53,172 nucleotides of DNA from Candidatus Moranbacteria bacterium CG_4_9_14_3_um_filter_44_28 (GTDB lineage Bacteria > Patescibacteriota > Minisyncoccia > Moranbacterales > UBA11712), in NCBI GenBank assembly GCA_002790655.1, contig PFVO01000018.1, positions 1-53,172 on the forward strand, given 5' to 3'. Below, piece after piece: positions 49,505 to 53,172 of this stretch; the stretch's first letter is position 1, and every line of letters begins with the position of its first letter. The position numbers were made by a program, and so were the translations under genes. The notes under the pieces are model-generated. The model saw only the letters and a program-made list of their open reading frames with translations, was not told where the DNA came from and ran no database searches.

Positions 49505-51004
49505 CTATTTATTTAATTTTGCTTTCATAATACCCAAGGCAACTTTGGGGTTAATTTTCCCCTCACTCTCCTTCATAACTTGTCCGAGCAAAAATTGCAA
49601 GGCCGCCTGCTTGCCGGCCTTGAAGTCCGCAACTGGTTGGGAATTTTCAGAAACTACTTTTTCCACAATTTTTTCTATCTCCAAATCGTCTTCGATTTGT
49701 CCCAAATTTTTCTCCGCGATGATATGTTCCGGATCGGCGCCGGTTCTTACCATTTCCGCAAGAACCATTTGTGCCGTGCTAGAATTTATCTTACTTTTAG
49801 AAATTATACTCATAAGTTCACCGAAATTTTCGGGCGTTATCTTGAGATCTTTTATTCCGACTTTGTCATTTAAATATTTTTTCAACTCTGAAATAATATA
49901 ATTGGCTGTGAGCTTGGCTAATTTACCATCATCTTTATCCCTCACCAAATCAAAACCATCTTCTTTACTCCTTTTTGATTTGGTGAGGGACGAGCATAAC
50001 TCGCAAGCTTCGCTCACCGCTTCCTCAAAAAATTCCGCTGTTTCTTTATCCTGCGAAAGAACTTCGGCGTCATACTCCGGCAGTTTGTATTCGCTGCGAA
50101 ATCTTATGATCTTTTGCGCTGGAAGTTCGGGAAGTTCTGCTCGGATTTTATTCACGTAATCTTCGCTGAACTCAAGCGGCGGCAAATCCGGTTCGGGAAA
50201 ATAGCGATAATCGTGGGCGGATTCCTTTTCCCTTTGCGAGAAAGTCTGCATTTTGCTCTCGTCCCATCCTCTTGTTTCTTGGATAATTTTTTTTCTTTCT
50301 TCAAGCACCTCCATCTGTCTTTTGATTTCAAAATCAATGGCTTTCTCAACTGATTTGAAGGAATTTAGGTTTTTTATTTCAACCTTGGTGCCTCTTTCAG
50401 TCTTTTTTCGAGAAATAGAAATATTCGCTTCGCAACGCATGTGTCCTTTTTCCATATCAGCGTCGGAAATTCCGAGATAGCGCAAAATGAGCTGCAGTTC
50501 CTCGCAGAATTTCTTGGCTTCCTCGGCTGATTCAATATCCGGTTCTGTCACAAGCTCCATAAGCGGAATTCCCGAGCGGTTGAAATCAACGAGGCTAAAG
50601 TCAGTCCCCTTTTGATGAAGGAGTTTTCCGGTATCTTCTTCAAGATGAATGCGCGTGATATCAATTCTTTTTTTACCTATTATTAAATATCCACCCCCGC
50701 ATATCGGCTGGTCATACTGGGAAATTTGATATCCCTTGGGAAGATCGGGATAAAAATAGTTTTTGCGGTCGAATTTGGAAATTTTTGCAATTTTGCAATT
50801 GAGAGCAAGGCCGGCTTTCACAACATATTCAATTGCTTTTTCGTTTGCAACTGGAAGCGCCCCGGGCTGGCCCGTGCAAACCGGGCAAATGTTGCTGTTC
50901 GGCACCCGGTCAAGCTCCAGCTCATTTTTGCACGCGCAAAACATCTTGGAAGCGGTTTTAAGCTCCACGTGCACTTCCATGCCGATTGTCGGCTCATACT
51001 TCAT
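49505..51004 (-). CDS. gatB: Asp/Glu-tRNA amidotransferase subunit B
   Basis: IGMEVHVEL, CPVCTGQPGALP, DFNRSGIPLMELVTEPD, C-terminal YqeY-like tail. Palindromic insert at 49938-49988. Confidence 0.9.
   Translation of the reverse strand: MKYEPTIGMEVHVELKTASKMFCACKNELELDRVPNSNICPVCTGQPGALPVANEKAIEYVVKAGLALNCKIAKISKFDRKNYFYPDLPKGYQISQYDQPICGGGYLIIGKKRIDITRIHLEEDTGKLLHQKGTDFSLVDFNRSGIPLMELVTEPDIESAEEAKKFCEELQLILRYLGISDADMEKGHMRCEANISISRKKTERGTKVEIKNLNSFKSVEKAIDFEIKRQMEVLEERKKIIQETRGWDESKMQTFSQREKESAHDYRYFPEPDLPPLEFSEDYVNKIRAELPELPAQKIIRFRSEYKLPEYDAEVLSQDKETAEFFEEAVSEACELCSSLTKSKRSKEDGFDLVRDKDDGKLAKLTANYIISELKKYLNDKVGIKDLKITPENFGELMSIISKSKINSSTAQMVLAEMVRTGADPEHIIAEKNLGQIEDDLEIEKIVEKVVSENSQPVADFKAGKQAALQFLLGQVMKESEGKINPKVALGIMKAKLNK
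49938..49988. repeat. Perfect 17-bp inverted-repeat insert (51 bp, 17 codons) in gatB
   Basis: ccctcaccaaatcaaaa (49938-49954) and ttttgatttggtgaggg (49972-49988). Encodes ..SLTKSKRSKEDGFDLVRD.. and shares CCCTCACCA/TGGTGAGGG termini with 37344-37417. Confidence 0.85.
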
Positions 51005-51366
51005 TTATTTTAATTTTCTGCTAATGATCTTTTTAATATCTTCAAAAATATCTTCAACGCTTCTCTCTCCGTCGATGACATAGAAATTAGGAAAGCTTTT
51101 TCCCATCAAGTTGTATTCTTTCTGAGCCTTTGCCAGTTTTTTTTCTTTTTCAAAAAATTCTTTCCGGATGCGCGCTTTCGCGATTCTTCGCAGACATTCT
51201 TTCGGCGAAACGCGAAGATAAAAAGTTGAATCAGGCGGGCGAAAATTTTTATTTATCTCATAGAGCCATTTGGGATCGAGATCACCAGTAGCTTAGCTTG
51301 AGTAGTAGTACCGGATCCATCCAAACCTTCAAGAACAATAAATAATCCTCTCTTTCTTTTTTTCAT
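51005..51366 (-). pseudogene. tmk: Thymidylate kinase remnant (internal deletion, frameshift, P-loop Lys lost)
   Basis: Frame A from ATG 51366 reads MKKRKRGLFIVLEGLDGSGTTTQAKLL, then stops at 51253. Frame B (51292-51005) reads ..DLDPKWLYEINKNFRPPDSTFYLRVSPKECLRRI...YVIDGERSVEDIFEDIKKII. The central section of about 65 aa, where a DRY-type motif would sit, is absent. Confidence 0.6.
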
Positions 51367-51369
51367 AAG

Positions 51370-51909
51370 CTAAATTTGTGTCTCCCTCCCTTCCGTCGTC
51401 ACTCTCCCGCCCTGCCATTGGCCGCGATACTGACTGCCCTCTCCCCGAACTTCGTGGAAAGTGATATGGACAACCCGTGCACCCATGTCGACTTTGATAT
51501 TCGATTTTCCGAGATTGCAAAGACCAAATGTGAGCTCACCCTGATAACCGGTATTCACGATTCCATTAAAAAGCGCGAGTCCTGACCGGAAAAGAGTCGT
51601 TCGCGGGAAAATTATTCCCGCGATATCAATCGGGAGATTCACTTTTTCCACGGTTTTGATGAGATAATATTTCCCCGGCTCGAAGATATAGGAAGCCACT
51701 TTTTTAGAGTCATATTTCGCGACCAGACTTGATTTAGGTGTTTCTCTTTCTTCAAGGCCTAAATAACCATAACCCTCCAGTTCATATACTTCCCCCATCC
51801 GCAAATCAAAACCGGATCCTTCAGGATTTTCCAGCTCACGCTCGGATAAGCCTTCAATAAGTTTTTTTTCTTTTATGAGACGAGGAAGTTCTTTGATTCC
51901 TAATATCAT
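51370..51909 (-). CDS. dcd: dCTP deaminase / dUTPase-superfamily protein
   Basis: GSGFDLRMGE, IIFPRTTLFRSGL, VNTGYQGELTFGLCN. 179 aa. Confidence 0.75.
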   Translation of the reverse strand: MILGIKELPRLIKEKKLIEGLSERELENPEGSGFDLRMGEVYELEGYGYLGLEERETPKSSLVAKYDSKKVASYIFEPGKYYLIKTVEKVNLPIDIAGIIFPRTTLFRSGLALFNGIVNTGYQGELTFGLCNLGKSNIKVDMGARVVHITFHEVRGEGSQYRGQWQGGRVTTEGRETQI

Positions 51910-51948
51910 ATTCTTTAATTACGTCTTATGTGTTTCATGTTATGTGTG

Positions 51949-52500
51949 TTACGTGCTCGGCAGTCTCCTCCTCGATGTATCATCCTCCAAAAAACCCTTG
52001 AACCATTTTTTGTCCTCCTTGGAAAGCTTCACTTGTCGGATCCTGACGTTCGCTTCTTCCACCACTTCCCGCCAGTGTTTGTCCCGTTTAACATGCTTTG
52101 ACTCATAGCCGATTTCATAAACAATTTCGCGGATTCCTGCCCGAACTAAAAGCTTGGTGCAAACATAACAGGGAAAAAGAGTGAAATAGGCCGTGGCACC
52201 TTCAATACTGATTCCACAGCGGGCCGCGAGAGCAATAGCATTAGCTTCTGAATGAATGCTTCGACAAAAATCGTATTTAGCGTGATCCGGAGCTTTGATG
52301 CTTCGGCGGTAGCATACTCCTTCATCAGAGCAGTGCGGAACTCCCGGCATGGAACCGTTGTATCCAGTGGACAATACCTGCTTATCACGTATAATCACGC
52401 AACCGGTCGGGCGCGAAAGGCAGGTTGAACGAGACGCGGCCATTTTGGCCAGGGCGAGAAAATAAGAATCCCATGATGGTCTCTTGAAAGCTGAAGGCAT
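51949..52500 (-). CDS. comEB: Deoxycytidylate (dCMP) deaminase, ComEB-type
   Basis: Zinc motifs HSEANAI and PCYVCTK, N-terminal WDSYFLALAKMAASRSTC. Confidence 0.85.
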   Translation of the reverse strand: MPSAFKRPSWDSYFLALAKMAASRSTCLSRPTGCVIIRDKQVLSTGYNGSMPGVPHCSDEGVCYRRSIKAPDHAKYDFCRSIHSEANAIALAARCGISIEGATAYFTLFPCYVCTKLLVRAGIREIVYEIGYESKHVKRDKHWREVVEEANVRIRQVKLSKEDKKWFKGFLEDDTSRRRLPST

Positions 52501-52518
52501 AAAATTTTATTTTTAGTT

Positions 52519-52547
52519 AAAAAGAGGCACCCCTTCTACAAGTGCCT
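52519..52547 (-). terminator. Intrinsic terminator after the 155-aa gene
   Basis: The minus strand reads aggcac-ttgtagaaggg-gtgcct followed by cttttt. Confidence 0.6.
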
Positions 52548-52582
52548 TATTATTATAATGGGTCATAAAAGAAAAGGCAAAA

Positions 52583-53050
52583 TTACTCTACTCTCGCAAA
52601 CACCACCACCTGCACTTTGTCGCCGTATTTTTTCGCGCATTTGGGGCAGGTGGCGTACCAGAAGATGAATTCTTTAGGCAAAAAGCCCTTTTCTCGGCAG
52701 TATTTCTTGGTTTCTTTGATCCACTTTCGCATATCGCCGTAGTGCCCCTCAAAGAGCCGTATCAAAAATTTTCCGGTGAGGAGTTCTGTTTCAAAAATAT
52801 CCGTTTTTTTACTTACGGGAATAAGCATTTCCCCTCCCCAGAGGTTATCGCACTTTGAAAGCACCATTGGCTCGGCCGCAAGTCCCGCTTCTTTGATTTT
52901 TTCAAGCCCCCGAACGATTTTTTTTCCGAAACCTATTGGCACGTGAATAAAGGACCAGTAGCGGTCTTTGTAAAACGGCTTATCGCGCCAGACGATTTCT
53001 TTTTTGTCCCATTCTTCAAGACTTAACCTTTTACAACATTCGTCATTCAT
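52583..53050 (-). CDS. Hypothetical protein with terminal Cys pairs
   Basis: 155 aa with N-terminal CC and C-terminal CPKC. No family recognised. Confidence 0.55.
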   Translation of the reverse strand: MNDECCKRLSLEEWDKKEIVWRDKPFYKDRYWSFIHVPIGFGKKIVRGLEKIKEAGLAAEPMVLSKCDNLWGGEMLIPVSKKTDIFETELLTGKFLIRLFEGHYGDMRKWIKETKKYCREKGFLPKEFIFWYATCPKCAKKYGDKVQVVVFARVE

Positions 53051-53172
53051 AGGCTGATAAACTTTACCGGCAAAACTTTTCGGAAAACTCCCGCGATCAT
53101 AAACGAATCCGACTCGTGGATATAGATCGGTTGGTGGAAAGAATTGGTGGAGCTTGGAAAAAGTCCGATGAC
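53047..53172 (-). CDS. 3' end of an unidentified CDS (5' part outside the window)
   Basis: The frame is open from the window edge (VIGLFPSSTNSFHQPIYIHESDSFMIAGVFRKVLPVKFISL*). Its TGA overlaps the next ATG as ATGA. Confidence 0.5.
   Translation of the reverse strand, partial: VIGLFPSSTNSFHQPIYIHESDSFMIAGVFRKVLPVKFISL

Noticed and set aside
1-53172. CRISPR array among the many repeats
   Set aside because: The repeats are palindromic, dispersed, of several unrelated families and of variable length. No series of evenly spaced direct repeats with unique spacers exists, and no cas gene is present.

Overview
This 53.2-kb chromosomal segment looks like a reduced Patescibacteria/CPR-type bacterial genome. 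That placement is my inference from gene content: compact, mostly minus-strand housekeeping operons, tandem ArnT/PMT-like glycosyltransferases and many lineage-restricted hypotheticals. Recognisable genes are serS, lysS, thrS, gatB, miaB, miaA, a full cell-elongation set (two mreB, mreC, mreD, PBP2, rodA), murA, ftsQ, rseP, frr, greA, holB, rplY, pyrB, dcd and a dCMP deaminase. I saw no rRNA, tRNA or CRISPR array. Four things stand out. (1) At 1.2-10.3 kb, seven consecutive uncharacterised minus-strand genes end in a membrane-anchored VirD4/TraD-like ATPase. This is the best candidate for an undescribed system. (2) At 17.1-20.1 kb lies an AT-rich plus-strand islet. It holds a restriction-modification cassette bracketed by roughly 50-nt inverted repeats, and its endonuclease gene is broken by a single TAG. 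A GC-rich nested-hairpin element flanked by an 8-bp direct repeat follows, then corA. (3) Several families of short nested-hairpin palindromic repeats fill the intergenic regions. Copies also sit in frame inside essential genes (four inserts in miaB, two regions in miaA, one each in gatB, an aminotransferase, murA and a glycosyltransferase), as described for Rickettsia palindromic elements. (4) Smaller oddities include a decayed tmk remnant, a truncated MurF-like ligase, a heptanucleotide tandem repeat inside a glycosyltransferase gene, and two small Cys-rich ORFs, one of them missing from the ORF track. All product calls rest on motifs I recognise by eye; no database search was run.
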